A stretch of DNA of 56,309 nucleotides, counting the filler, from Bipalium vagum (taxonomy: Eukaryota): NCBI GenBank assembly GCA_037834085.1. It is 3 parts of 3 records of this genome, joined end to end, with 100 filler letters (N's around TTAATTAATTAA, not from the genome) between each part and the next. Parts side by side here need not be neighbours in the genome. Positions count along the whole stretch, not along the records: positions 33,516 to 56,309 come from JBBMKC010216690.1; 2 more parts are not named here. The stretch is one strand, 5' to 3'. The position numbers were made by a program, and so were the translations under genes. Below are positions 38,501-53,424 of the stretch, piece after piece (the stretch's first letter is position 1; every line of letters begins with the position of its first letter). The notes beneath the pieces were generated by a model, which saw only the letters and a list, made by a program, of their open reading frames with translations, had not been told where the DNA came from and searched no databases.

Positions 38501-39680
38501 TGCATTATAAGTTTCTATTTTGAGTTTTCTGAATCTCAAATTTTGAATATTTTGCATAAATTGAAATTCTTTTTTAAAATAGGGTAATTACTACAATTCA
38601 TGTTCATTTCTCAATGAAAATCAATGGAGAAATCAGTCTAATACTTTGAGTTCTTTTCTGCGAATCAGATTTATAAATGCCACTTCTTGTATATCAAGTA
38701 AAAACTTATTGTCCATGGAATTAGTTCTATAATTTATAAAAATATCAAAGCATTAAAATATGGATGAATATTTTCTCGAACTATAATCAGTCGAAATGTG
38801 ATATGTCACCCATTGCTCAAACTCGTTTTCCATCAGATTTGACTTTTTATGCAATATGCTCGTGGGTAATTTACGCTTTTCCAACCTTTACTTATATTAC
38901 TTAAGATACCATAATTTTTCTCAATATTCAAAGTGGAAAAATTTCAACGTTAAATTATCAGAAATTTGTTAAGCAATTGATACAAATTAATAAAAAATCC
39001 ACATCTTATTATTGATACTGCAAGGGTGTGGCCAAATAATAAGTGAGTAATAAAACAAATTAATCGAATAATTAAAAATCTTGTTCGCTCTCTCTCTCTC
39101 CCTCTTACTGAAATATCTAGAACACAAAACAAACTTTACATGTTTTCTAATGAAATCACCACTTTAAACATTTAGGGACTTAGACAAATCAAATAGTACC
39201 TAAATCACTATCACCATCCTCAACATCACAGGCACAATTCAAATGTATTGATTATTGACTACAAATAGTTATCGGAAAATAAAATTTATTTCACTAATTC
39301 ATATTTTTGTTTACAAAATGATTTTTCAATGTTACAGAACGTCGAAGGAATACGACTGACATAATACTTCTACACTTGAGATTTCCATTAACATTGTACC
39401 ATTGCTATGAAAATAGAGAACCTTAACTTTACTAACACAACAAAAAACAGAGGAGAAAATTATTTTTTTGTCAAAAAACCCATTGATTTTTTCTATTAGT
39501 CAAAATAAAAATCGATCATAAATTTCATTTATATAAGCGTTTGTTGGTTTTGGGTCTCTTTATATTTCAATAATATCTTTCAACCTCAAATAAATAACTC
39601 GTCACAATAATAATAATCAATAAAGTTGAATTATAAATAATAATATTAATCTGTAATGGAATCTATGTACAAAAAATATT

Positions 39681-41904
39681 TCATGAAAGCTTTCGTTGCA
39701 CCGTTTTCATCAGCTGGGACAATTTCTCGATTTGAGAAATTAATAATTGTCGGTTTCGGTACAGATCTGGAATCATCGAGTTATGATTCTTTTCGAGATT
39801 CCTAGAAAAACAAAGTTGAATTTATTAAGAAAGCGGAGCGAAGGAATTGATGATGAGATCAGTAAATTTGAACATGTGAAAATAATAGAGCCTACTTCAT
39901 TTGGTTTTTCTCAATGAGGCGGACCAGATTTGTTTCCAGCCTGTCCACTTGATATGCGACATATAGCGTTGAAAGCAAAAGAAACATTGTTCTGTGGTTA
40001 TAAATTTTCATTAATATTTTTGATCAATGAATTAAGATTAATTTTTTTTAACGATTTAGAAATTTGATTTTTTAATGTTTAACTTGGAAGATCAGTGACC
40101 ATTTCAGGAGAAATGATTCAACAAAATATTTTTAAAGCTTGAATTTTAATTGAAATCCAAAATTCTTTTTTATTTTATTCACTAATAAATAAATAATAAA
40201 TAAAATTTTATTCACGAATAAACTTCCTCTTCTAAGTTAAACTATTTTTTTTAAAAATTTTTAAATAAACAATTATAGAATTTTTGATTTTATAAATAGT
40301 TCTCGTAAATCATTTCTAATTCCAATCCATTATCAAATTTACTAAATTATTTATATTTTTATCGATTATTTTAAAAATTTTATTGACTGATTCATTTTTA
40401 CAAGGGTACTCTTATTCTACTAATCACTTTTTTTTGTTAGAATCATTTTAAAATCAAATCAATAAATGTATCGACTATATTTCGTTACTGATTCCATTAT
40501 CAGTCCGATCAGAAGTAAATTAAAACTGAACGAAAAAAATTTTTTATGCCATTTTACAATTCAAAAATTGTCAATTTTTTTAGGTGCACAACGACAAATA
40601 CGTAAATGCAATACATTGTCGAAAATAAAAAACAAAACGCCAGTGACGAAAGCACGTACAAAACAGTGTGCAAAACTTCACTGTGTATTCAAGAGACAAT
40701 AGGCTTAACTGCTAAAAATGAGCCACAACAAATTAAGCTAAAATTACTTGAATAGAGGACACATTTAAAGTCAAGGTGGAGCTCAAAGAAATGTTGCTAT
40801 TACAAATGATTATGACACTGAAGATTATATTTGTTAGATATTTATAAAGTTTCCATTAACAGAATCACGCATTTACCGTGTCGCAAGAGTGGGTGGTAAA
40901 ATTTAGTCACCTTACATTTTTCAAAGTATCAAAGTACAAATCGGACCTTTAGTAATCATTATTAATGAACCGAATTTAACTGAGAAACGCCAAAAAGTCA
41001 ACTCATAATAAAATGAAAGGGATTAATAAATAAACTTATAACAATCAATAGATGAAAACATATTAAGTATGGGTGGTAATATTATAAACAATAAAACTTC
41101 AAAGACTTGAACTGAGAATCTTACTCACATTATATAGGACAAGCAAATGTAAAAGTTATTTGGATAATTGAAAACTCTTCTCAAAATAAACTTCAACATA
41201 TCCACAGAGTTGCCTAAATGTAAAAATGCAATAATAAGAAAAACAAAATATATATATATATACTTGAGTTAATTATGCCATTGTTAATATTGGAATCTAT
41301 CGCAACTAAAGAAAAGTTCCTCTTACTAGAATCCTTTATATCCATAGTATCAGGAGCTTTTGGCTTAGGCGAATGTGATGATAGTTTTGGACTTGGAATT
41401 TCATGAGATTCTAAGGAATTAATGTGATTATCCCTGTCTCCTAAAGCATTGAGTTTCGGTTGATTACTCATTGGACAATGGTTATCATTATTTACAAATT
41501 CTTTACAATTACTACTTATAACTTTTGCGGAATAATTTCTTTCAAGTGGTATACATTTCTTTTTATCATTCTGTTTTTATTTAAGAAGTAAAATAGAAAT
41601 TATTCGCAAAATTAACTTACAACTAAACTGACATCAATTACATTTCTATAATCCATTTCTTTCACTGAATTAACACTCAATTTATTGTGACTATTGTCAA
41701 GGATATTATAGAAAATAAAAAATAAATATACTTACCTAAATGAATTCCTAAAAAAACTGAATTTACGTCTTTGTAAATTGGTATTATTATTGTCAATAAC
41801 ATTTGAATTAGAATATTTTTTACTGTAAAATTAATTATTTTTAAATTAACATAAAAAAAGTCTTACCTGATTTTATGAATAAGTTTTTTAATCTGAGGAT
41901 TCAT
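39681..41904 (-). CDS. ~267-aa protein with a C-terminal TM helix and coiled coil (GRAMD2-like C-terminus); start uncertain
   Basis: Phase-consistent exons 41904-41867, 41822-41736, 41690-41621, 41570-41264, 41213-41129, 39991-39896 and 39801-39681 (804 nt). C-terminus: FYICLSYIITMFLLLSTLYVAYQVDRLETNLVRL...QLLISQIEKLSQLMKTVQRKLS*. The frame stays open into possible upstream mini-exons (41940-41905, 41995-41979, ~42088-42044). Confidence 0.75.
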
Positions 41905-42804
41905 TTTTAAAATGATGGGATAACATTTAATTAAATAACGCTAAAAATATTTTTTCAATAACTTATGGTATGATTAACCTTGAAAACTTCATTACCTATA
42001 TTTTAAAACAAAATGTTTGATTTATTTAAATAAGTTTTAAACCAGAAAAAAATTAAAATCTTTGAAAACACAAGTCTTCCACGTTTACCTAATAAAAATA
42101 GTATAGAAATTAGATTCATTCAATATTGAAAAATATTTTTAAATAATTTAAAAGAAAAATGAAACAAAATTTAAATGCAGCTCTTTTCTAAAATCACGAA
42201 GCTAACAAATATCCAAGTATTTCTGAATTTAAGTGATTGTTTTAAGTCATTATAGAATTTAAAATAATATTTCATAAAATATATTTTACAAAACGAGACT
42301 TCATTACTAGTGAAACCAACTTTCATTCTAGATTTTAATGATGATTAATAAATTCTTTAATTTTCACTAAAAAAATTGTTATACTTTTAACGTCACCCTT
42401 TTAATGTATTATAAAAATATTTTTGAAATAAAGGTCCACTTACTAATCATATAATTATTAAGATTTTTTAAGAATTTTATTAATAAACCGATGGTAAATT
42501 TTTTTTGACACACCTGTGATTTACAAATCTAAGAAACTTGTGTTGAAATATATTTTTTAATTTATTACTAAATGAGTTAAAAGTTATTAATAATTGAATT
42601 TAAAAGTTGTTTGCAATATTGTTTTACGATAATATTCAAATGTGCAAAATATGCGCAAATATGCAAAATGAAAAAGTCAAATAAATATAAACCATACAGT
42701 AATAAGCAAATGCAATGTAAAATAAGAAAAAATCAAATATCTGGAAATCAGCATCATAGTAATTTTTAAGATCATTAATAAAAACAAATTTTAAGGAATA
42801 TATT

Positions 42805-45800
42805 TTAGCGTTTAGATTTCTTGAACTTTTTCTGTAAAGCTTCTCCGGGGTTACTGACTGATAATGCACAAAGATCAATTTTCCGTTTTCTTTTAAGGTT
42901 AGCTCTTTCCTTATCGATAAAGAATGCGGTTTCTTTGAAATTCTGCTCTCCCAATCCAACGCGGACTATTCCACCAACAGATAACACCAGGCTTTTCCAC
43001 TCGGCAAGTTCCTGATCTGAACACGAAACTTCAATTTTCGAATGCTTTCTTTTACCCTTCTTTTTCTTATTTGTGATGTTTTCATCTTGTGCTTGCCTTT
43101 CTTCTCTTAAAACCATGTGCACAATGTGTCTTCCAAGTTTTAGTGACTCCATGTCTTGAAAACTCGTCTTCTTACAGATACCGGCAAGAAATTTTAAAAC
43201 CATACATCTCTTGACAATCGTTTTGCCATCTAACAACTCGTCTTTGGCAACTTTGTTACACTTCTCAATTATTGATTTACATAGATCGATTTTAACATCA
43301 TCTGAGAAATTGTCCAAAACTATTTTCCACATCAACATCAAATTTAACAACACGGCATCACACTCTTCGGACTCGGGTTTTTCTCTCTTTAGCTGCCAGA
43401 AAGACGACTTAATGATTTTCTCTATAATTTCTTCTTTTGCGAACAACAAGCGTCTGCCGGCTTTTTCAAACTGAGTATCAAGTGAGAGCAGTGAATGAAT
43501 GACATTCTTTGTACAGTTTAGACGAATAGTAGAATTTTTGTGACATACAACTTTTGTCAAAATCAAATTCCAAATTTCACAAGACGTTCCTTTTTCCAAC
43601 AAATAATTTAAGATTTCAACCGTTGATTCATTATTGTGATCGACAATCAATATTTTTGATATGCATATCAGCAGCCCACTGATATTTCGACTGGTGTATG
43701 TCAATTCTCTGGATATATCCTCGGTATCCATCATCATCGTGCCTGTATCGTCATCAGGATTCTTTCCAACTTTTCCAAGATTTTCTTCTGAAAGAGAGTC
43801 TTCGTCATCGCTCTCAGTAATTTTCCTTTTTTTGTGTCCATTTCTTTTTGACGCTTGTTCCAGGTCCTTCATCAAGTCTGCATCGTGTCCCGTAGCAGCT
43901 GTTAGTTGATTGTCCAATTTATCTCTCAAATCCAATAGCTCTGGAAACCGAGACACCAAAAGATTGATTAATCTCATCGACAATGAAAGACGATTAGATG
44001 GAACTAGAATTTTAAGAATTTCTCCCAAAACGGAGCTAAGAATTCCAAACAATGGATGGTCTAGTGAAGTCTTGACAATTTGATCAACCAACAACCCGCA
44101 AAACTCTGACTGTTGATCACTGGTTAATAAACTCATCACTTGATTGATGAGCACGGAATATACTTTCTCTACCCTTTCTGTAACTCCATAACACCAAGAT
44201 GAAATAGCATATTCAATCACGACAGTCACATTTTCCATCCTAAAGTCCCTAAGAATATTTTGAACCATTAGACAAACTGCCAGTTTCCCGTCCTCGTCGA
44301 TGGTAACAAGATTTTCCATCAAAAATATGACAGTCTCTTGGAGAAACTTTTGCGACTGAGGAAAGTTTTTAAAGAAGGACATAATTGTCAACATCGCACA
44401 ATTTCGAGTTTGTTGTTTTGAACTAGACATGAGAATTGATCGAAGTTTCACAACGATTTTTTTGATTCGTTCTTCCATAGAATCCAACAGAACAACGACG
44501 TTTTTGTTCGCTTTCTCAGGTTCTTCTAGTCTTTTCTCGATTATAGCTCTCAACAAACTGAGTGAACTCATTTCGCGTTTGCTGTTAAGGCTGTCGACTT
44601 CTATGCCCAAAAAGAGAATCTGGAACTGACCAGCGTTTAAAATAACATCTTTTCGTTGGATAATTTGGGTCATTATTTTGTAGAAGACAGTCGCTAGGCT
44701 CTCATCTAAGGTGTCCTTAACGTCTTTGTTCGCAGATATTTTCTGGTGAATTTGAAACATTAAATCAGTCAATCCGAGGATTTTATCCTCAACACTTGGA
44801 GGGTTAACTTGAATTATCTCTTTCAAGCATTTCAGACCGGAAAACAAAATCGATTTGTATTGTACACTGTTCAATATTTCAATGACGTATGGTACCATTG
44901 GATCTAACATAGACGACAAATCAATACCAGAAGACGATTGATTCGATTTACACAGTTTTTGCAGCAGATTTAACCCACAATCGATTATCAAATGAGCCAG
45001 GCTGCATTTATTGTTAGTTGTTCGTGGCTCTTGGTCCCCATCCAATCGGCTTGGTGGTACATACAAATGCATATCTTCCATAGTAAATTTCTTTTTGGTT
45101 TTGATCACAAAGTTCGGCTGTTTTTCCAAATGAAATAATGTCTCAACGTGTTTACTAATTAATGACATTGAAAGAGTGAAGAGAGACACAGCATCTAAGC
45201 GAGCATTTCTGATTAGCCCACCTTTGCCCTGTAATCCTTCATATATCTGTCGTATCTTTTTAATGTTGGATTCACTTCTCATGTCTTTTGATGCATTGAT
45301 AATTATTTCAAAAAAATCAATAAGATGACTCTTTTCCAAAATGTTTCCTAACAATCTGAAACCTTCGTATGCTTTTTCACTTTTAGCCTCCAATACAATT
45401 TCTTTTTCTGCTACATTTCTTTCTTTCTTTTCGTTGGCCATTTCTCCGAATAATTCATCCAAGTACATTTCGCTCATCAGTTTTAAAGTTTTAAAATCAA
45501 TAGATAATCTATCAAAGGTCCGGTTTTCTTCCAACATTGTTAACACTCTATGACATGTGTACAATCCCACATGTCTTTGGAATCCCCTATTCAACTGATC
45601 ACGGATAGTTTGAACAACGAATCCCAAATATCGAACCGTTCCATCCTTTATATATTCTTGTGAATTAATAATATTGATGATTTGGAACACAGTTAAACCT
45701 GCGTTTTTTCTTATATCTACTTCTTTTGCCTTGAGAAATTCACAAATTTTCAAAATGACTCTTGTAATGATCTGCTTCATAACTTTGCCCGGCAGTTTTA

Positions 45801-48800
45801 CTGCAATATTGATTATAGCTATCGCTAATGGAACTTGGAGGGCCTTTCCTCGTATTGTCCATTCGGAGTCATGGTTATTCAATAAATCAGCTGATATAGA
45901 TTTTTGTGCCTGTTTATGCTTTACATCACTGGGAACAGTTTTTGATAAATGCTCCTCCAATTTTATCAGAATATCGACCATAAATTTGTGGTCATCATCA
46001 TCCAAATCTGCATTATACCCATCTAACAGAGATATCAATGTCCGGATAACCAATTCAATATTGAATCCCCTTTCCAATTTATTCATGTATTCCTTTATCA
46101 ATTTCTGATAAACATTTATAGGTAAGTATTTACCAATCGTCGATAGTGCGTTGAAACTGGAGGTAAGCGATTCACGTTGGACATTTGTCAAAGATGATTT
46201 GTCTTTCATATCGTATGATTGAGAAACAATTTCAATTCGATGTAACACCAAAGGAAGAAGAATTTCCATTAAATTGATCGATGATACAGTGTTATGAGTT
46301 ATAAAACGTACCAATTGTCGCAACCCCTTGGAGTTGAAAGCAGTAGTCAAGCTTAACATATTATCAAAGAAACTCAATTGATCTGGTTCAGACATTGCCA
46401 AAGCAGCAATGTCTTTGAATCGATCAGTGGTTCCAAAATTCTTAACAACGGATTTCATAAGAGCAATAAAACTGTATCGGAACGATTCGTTCTTCATCTT
46501 GATACCCTTTTTAATCATCGCCCAAATGTTGTCATTGAACAGGGATTTCACAAAATTATTTTCTTGGCAAGATGCCATCGATTCAATCAAGCATTCTAAG
46601 AAATCGATCGAGTATTGCCTTGTTCCCAATTCCGGAACATAGCACAGAATATAAAGACAATTGTGACAAGTAAGACTGTACAGCCACATACACGGGTAAA
46701 GCATCTGGTCGTATCGATCGTCTATTGCATTTACACAGAAATCAATAGAAAACTTTTTCATTGTTTTCAAAACGTTCTGGATTGTTGTGGACATTAAATC
46801 GAAATCCATTTCTTCGAGACGTTTGTCATTCCATGAATTGAGCTTTAAACAAGACAAAACTAAGTAATCAGAAATCAAAAACGAAAAATTCTTACGTTTA
46901 GTGCGACGTCTCCAAGATTTCCTAATTCTTCAGGCATACTAAAAAGCGTACAAACTCGAGACCACAAAGACTTTATGAAATCACTCAATACCATTTTACT
47001 GGCTCTTGTTTTGAGTCGTGAAAATAATCCTAATATCCGACTAAAAATAAAAAATTATTTTAAACTAAAATCAAATTATCATACTCGAAAAATGGCAATA
47101 ATTTTTTTATATCAATCAGTTTACTCATACAGTCCAGATCTCTGATGAAATCGACCTCTAATTGTTCCTTGAGTTGTCCAGTTAGAGATTCGTCATTCAT
47201 TTCTTCTTCATGACTGTCCGTCAACAAGACCTGGTTTGATTTGTAAAGAGAAATTATAATATTATTAACCATCCCAATGATGATTTTCTCATCTATTTTT
47301 GTCGATTGTGATTTTGTTATATATTCAACAGCAATGGAAATCATTAACAATTCTTTTCTGGTAGTAGTACTTTCGTTCATTTCATTTTTCTCCGCTTTGG
47401 ACAATTTCAACTTATTGATCTTCAAGTTTGATACACGATCAGCCAAATAGTCAATAATTTTCAATATTCTTGCTCCTATCATTGCTTGCAACTGAGTGCT
47501 ATATTTTCGACCCGGAACCGCGTGTTGCATCATATTAAAAACAATAGAAACCAGTTTGTATCCGACAACCTGTCGATTCAGCTTCGGTTTTAGTAAAAGA
47601 TCGATAATCTTGTCTAGCATATCGGCTGATATCAAAGAAACCAATTCCTCTTTTTCCGACCACAACAGCGTCAGCTGAATTGTTGTGTTGGCGCTAGTTT
47701 GATTGTCCTCTACTAGTTTGTTCAACTGAGGCAAAACAACCAATTCTTTCACACTTTCAGCCAACTCGTCACTCCAGGAAAACTCTTCCAGCTTTTGGAA
47801 ATAAAACAAAATCATTTTACTGCACTTCTGTCGAACTGATTTTAATTGTGGAATCGGGTGATCGGTTTCCAGATATTTTATGTGAGAAGTACATGCATAG
47901 AAATCGAGAATAACGCGGAAGATTATATCCAGATTTTCATTGGTCAATTTATTCAATAATTTTTTCAAAATCGTCGACAAACTCTCACAAACTGCATCAA
48001 GATTTTTCAAAATACTTTGTATCACAAAGGTTGGCAATTGATCATTTTCAATTTTTCTCCGTATAGCTGCACTTATCGATTGAATATTCTCACCAGACTG
48101 TACGATTTCCACTGTATTTTCATTGGAAATCATGAGAGTTTCAAACAGAATTGACAACAGCAGTCCAATTTCCGAGGTTTCCAACTCAAGTAAATAGAAA
48201 ATCAAGGACGCTTGAGTCCGGTGATCTTTACTATTTTTCAACTTTCCAACTACAATCCTCAACATAATAGGCAATAACACAGAACGATGACTTTGTGAAA
48301 TGAGTGACAATGATAATTCTTTCAATTTGTCCATATTTTTATCCAGCAACTCTAAAATCGTAGACTTGTAGCTCATCAGTTCGGGAATTTTATAATTGCC
48401 GAGCACCTGAAAAGCGGCCAGTTGGATGCTCGGTCTGTGGCTGGCCAAGCACTTTAGATAAATATTTTTCAACTGTTTTTCGCTGTGAGTTCCGGAAATA
48501 TTTGGAAACTTGGAAAACAAAAACATCATCGACGTAAATGTATCTTCAATCGAATTTCTTGGATTTTTATTGGTCAGAAATTCATTCTGATAGATTCCGA
48601 TCAGTATCGGAGACAAAACTGATGTTTTCTTAGCCGCCAAGTCGGGAATCTTAATCAAAATCTTAATGATATTACAACGGTAAACGAGCCAATTCGTTTC
48701 ACGTATCTTAAAGAATTTATCTCCAACATATTCCCTTTGGAGATCATTTACAAAAGTTATATCGATTTCACCAACATCCTTTTCCGATTGAATATTTTTG

Positions 48801-51181
48801 ACACTATATTCCAATCGATCTTTCATAGTTGTCCAAATTACAGTTTCATTCTCCGGCGATTCTTTATATGAACTTAAAACTTTTGTTACATAGTTCCACA
48901 ATGAGGCAAATTGAACATGCAAGATGCCCGACAGATAGTTAAAAGTAATTCTCTTATCGATTTCAGACATATTCGATTTGTACAACATCCCATCCAACAA
49001 TCTGAACAATGATCTCTCTTTTGACATCAATCCAGTTTCATGAACTTCCAAAATGGTTTCGATTTCCAGACACAATTCCAGGTAGTGTGTTGCTTCTCCT
49101 TGAGGGTATATCGATTGAAGTATTGCAATTGAGTTCAATCGACTTCTGTGATGGCTAGATTTTAGCTTTTCCACAAAATGTTCTTTATAAGCTGAGTACT
49201 TATTATGATTCGATTTTTCAATCGATATCAACTGAAACACAATTTCCAACAACAATGGTTCCATTGGTGATGAGCACTGACACTTAATAATCGAATCTAT
49301 TAATTTCACAATGTCCAAATCAATATCGATTTTCTCTTCTTGTATAGCTAAGAGCTGAACCAAGCAATCCATAATGGAATTTATTTTAACTAGGCTGGTA
49401 ATTGACAAATCAAAATTTCCCAAGAGACTAGCCAATCGACTTTTCAAACCATCTACAAATTTTCTATCGCGATTTGCCGGATAAAAGTGTGGAAGAATTA
49501 CCATGGTCATCCACAACATTTCTTCATGCTCTTCATCGATTCTTGTTATTCCGTTCACAATGTCAAGCATTGTATCAAATAATATTGTGTTTGTTGAATC
49601 GATTTCGAAAAGGTAAAAATTGACACCGTCTCGACCCAGATATTTTCTCCATTGGGACTCTTTACTAATTGGATATTTTTTCATCACATAATCGGTCAAA
49701 GATGTCATTAATTTCACTAGATTTCCGGGGCTATTGGAAATCCATTTTGAATCAATATGTTGTGTCAGAAAGGAATTGAGACTGTATTTGATAACCTGAA
49801 CGAATCGAAATATGAATAACATAATATCAATAGATAAAAAAATTATTTTAGATTTTTCAATAAAAAAAAACATACCAATTCAAAACAGTCTTCGGTAACA
49901 TATTGTTTTATGAAGAGAAATTTTTTCTCAATATCCAATTGTGGAGAGGAAATGACTGATTTCATCATCGTGTTGACTTTAGTTGATGATCGTAACTTAT
50001 CGATGATCAATCTGACAATCTCCATTATTTTATCTGACGAATCCTGGCGTACGAGTTCCGTAACTTGATCGATGACGACCCCAGAGCACTTTTCTAGCAC
50101 TTTTCTCTGGGCGTGTTTGAAAAATAGTTCAATAATAACCAAAGGCAGTTCTTTTTTATCTTCACTTGTAATTCGATTTACCTGTTCGATTATTAATTTC
50201 CAAATATTTTCATGTCCAAAGGCGTTTAAATGTTCTAACATGTCTTTAAACATTTCATCAAAGCAATTGATACAGAAGACAATATCTTTGTCTCGTTCGA
50301 AAAGAATTTCGTAAAATGTGAGGAACAATTTCGAACCAGAAGAATAGAGTGATTCTTTTGTTGTTAGACATGATGACATAAGCTTCCCTATGGCATCGGG
50401 GGGACTATTTTCATCAACCAATTTTGTAAAAATATCCTCAGAAAATATTCGTTTGAATTCTTTAGCTTTACGTAAAATAAAAGCCAAGCTTTGGGCTGCA
50501 AAATTTCTGACGTGCTTTTTTTTGTGAAACAAAAGAGGCTTAATTAATAAAAGAAGCCGACTTGCATCTTTTATCAGATAACGTTGCAAGAACATTAAGA
50601 TATGAGCTATACAGGTAAAAGCACTTAAAAAAGTATCTGGGTCATTTTTGATTCTTTCAATAATATTATTGATAATTTTGAATGATTCTTCCAAATACGG
50701 TAAAAAGTCTTCCCGAATGTCACATACTAAACTCTGTAGTAAATCCAGAGCCGCTGGCATACATAATGAATTAGAGGTGCGCAAATAATCAAATAATATT
50801 TCTATTATTTCCTTTTCATTTATAAGTACTAAATTTAATGTTAGAACTTTGCTGGCAATTTTGGTTCGCATTTCCTCTAAATAAATTTATAATAAAGAAT
50901 TATTAAAATATTAAAATAAGTACTGAATTCCAAGCACCAGTTAGATTCGCTCCAGTTACGAAACCATTCAGTTAGATAACTGTCTACATTAGCCTATATT
51001 AATTAATTTCATCAAAAAATTTAATAAAAAATTTAATTTTACTTCAGGTTTCTTATGCTTATTGACAAAAATATCTACTTGGATCAACTCCTCAAATGTT
51101 TTAAACTAAAATTATATCAATTATATCAAATTGAAAAATTATGATATAAAAAACCTTAAATGTATTTTCTGATTTCGGCAT
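42805..51181 (-). CDS. UTP20: small subunit processome component 20 (HEAT-repeat), ~2684 aa, 7 exons
   Basis: Exons 51181-51155, 51105-51043, 50993-50924, 50876-49876, 49795-47085, 47040-46896 and 46842-42805 join in frame (8055 nt). The N-terminus MPKSENTFKFKTFEE..SYLTEWFRNWSESN..AALDLLQSLVCDIREDFLPYL matches UTP20. Also present: LNSWNDKRLEEMDFD, LNRGFQRHVGLYT and a basic C-terminus (VSNPGEALQKKFKK). Confidence 0.93.
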
Positions 51182-52139
51182 TAATATTAATATTAAATGA
51201 TATTATTTAAACAAAATTTTATGCTGTCAGACTATTCAAAATCGAGATTTCAAGAGACATTGGTTTAAAATTCTGATTAACTCTTTATTTAATAATTACA
51301 TATATACCAATTTTTAAAAATTAAAATTGAATTTAAAAAGTTACCTCTCTCGTACATCCATCAATTAAATACATAAAGATAACTTATGATATTTAAAAAT
51401 TATGTGTATTTTAAAAAACCAAAAATCTCATTAACTCAACACATTCTTCTTTATAGCTTATAAATTAAAAACCAAGAACATTCAATCAACTTGAATTTTC
51501 AAAATGTTTATTTTCCGGTGATCAGAATAAAATCTGGTTTTTATGATTTGGTTAATATGTAGACTAATATTTTCTAACTATAGTATTAAAAATTAAAAAT
51601 TTTAATTAATTAAATTTAAATTATGCCACTATGTTATTTATAAAATATTTTAAAACTAAAAATAAATATATAATATTTATTTATTAATAAACTGTTAATT
51701 TTATATTTTAAATATCTACATAATTTTTATTTTCAAATTGAGCTCTAGAGTAATGATGTAGTAAATCATATAATTATCTTAAAATTAAATAATATATATT
51801 ACACACAATTCTGCATAATATTCTTTAAGTATTGTGAATATAATAATTTTATTATTGAATTGTAATAAGCTCTGTATTATCTTTTCTTTAATTTTCTTGT
51901 GTTTTTTCCGAATTTTAATAACTACGATAAACTGTTGAACTCAAAATTTTTAAAGGTAAATTTTTGACTTTCTGCTATGTATCTATACTATATTTTAATA
52001 GTTACTTTTAGTGCTGGTGTCATCTTATTACTATCTGAGTGGCATAATTAATGATTTAATCTCACTCTAGCGTGACGATGTATGTTTTATTTTATATTTT
52101 TTTTATAAATATAACATAATATAATTCGTCATCTATTAA

Positions 52140-53150
52140 TAAATATTAGCAACGAAAATTGGTAAACAAATTGAAATGAGGAAAAGAATTGCCCAAATAA
52201 AATCAAAATACATCTGCTTTATATTCAGCGATCGCTAAAAATATTGGAGTTGCAAAATTAACTATTCATAAAGTTATTTCAAACAACAAAAACACTTTTA
52301 CTATTGAGCTAAAAGTAGGTTCAGTTTAAAAAAGCAGATTCAATTGATACTAACTTAGCAAACAAGGTAATCAGTGCGTTTAAGAAAAACCCGTAGCTTT
52401 CAGTTCGTAATGTTGCAAATATAAAGTAAAATATCTAAATCATAAATCCACAAAGTGAAGTAGAATTGAGGATTCAAGTTTTACAAAGTCACTGTTGTTC
52501 CTGAAAAGTGATGAACAAAAGAATAAAATTGCTAAAACCCGTTCGAGAAAGCTTTATGAAAATTTCCTTACCAAAGTTGATTGTGTTATTATGGACGACG
52601 AGACTTCCATTAAAGGAGACCTCATGGAAATGCCAAGCCAGAAATATTATGTTAGAGGCTAAAGACGAAGTTGCTGAAAGATTTAGGATGAAAAAGCTCT
52701 CAAAACTCCCAAGGTATACCTAGTGTGGATAGCCATTTGTTCATGTGATAAAAAAGTAAGTTTCATCAAAATTGAAACAATGAATCAAGAAATTTACATC
52801 AAAGAATGTTTTCAAAAGTCTTTTGAATATATTAATTAGCATGATTGTCTTACTTTATTCTGGCCTGATCTCACAAGTTCTCATTATGCTAAAGTTAGAT
52901 TAGACTGTTACATAACGAAAAATTTGACATTTTTTACTCAACATGCCAACCCTTCTAACTGCTCAGAACTTTGACTAATAGAAAAATATTGGTCTTTTTT
53001 AAAACGGAACTTAAATAACTCGCATGGTGCTGCAAAGAATGAAGAAAACTTTAAAAGAAAGTGAAAGAAATCAATGGAACATGTAAATAGTATGACTGCA
53101 GAAGTTTATTGGAGGATTACAATGAAAAGTTAGCTAATTCTATCGGGATT
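52140..53150 (+). mobile_element. DD37E (ITmD37E-type) transposon relic
   Basis: CVIMDDET, YLVWIAICSC and FWPDLTSSHYAK...ANPSNCSEL*LIEKYW. The D codon at 52867 and the E codon at 52981 are separated by 37 residues. Confidence 0.88.
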
Positions 53151-53424
53151 AAGATATTTTGTAATCTTACATTTTTTTATACTTGATTATAATTTTTATT
53201 TCGTCACTGTGAAATATTTTATTATTATTCTTATTACTAATATGTCACTTATAATTTTAAGGGTTATCAGATATTTTACTTTGAATTTTAGGAGACATGT
53301 AAAATAATATTTTACAGTCGACATACAATTTGGCACAAAGACAAATAATTTCAATTTATCTTTTCAAAGAATAAAAAATATTGTAAAAAATTGATTAAGC
53401 AAGCGCAATGTGATTTCAAACTAA

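Noticed and set aside
42821-50314. Multiple plus-strand ORFs overlapping UTP20
   Set aside because: Antisense shadows of a long coding sequence; no motifs.
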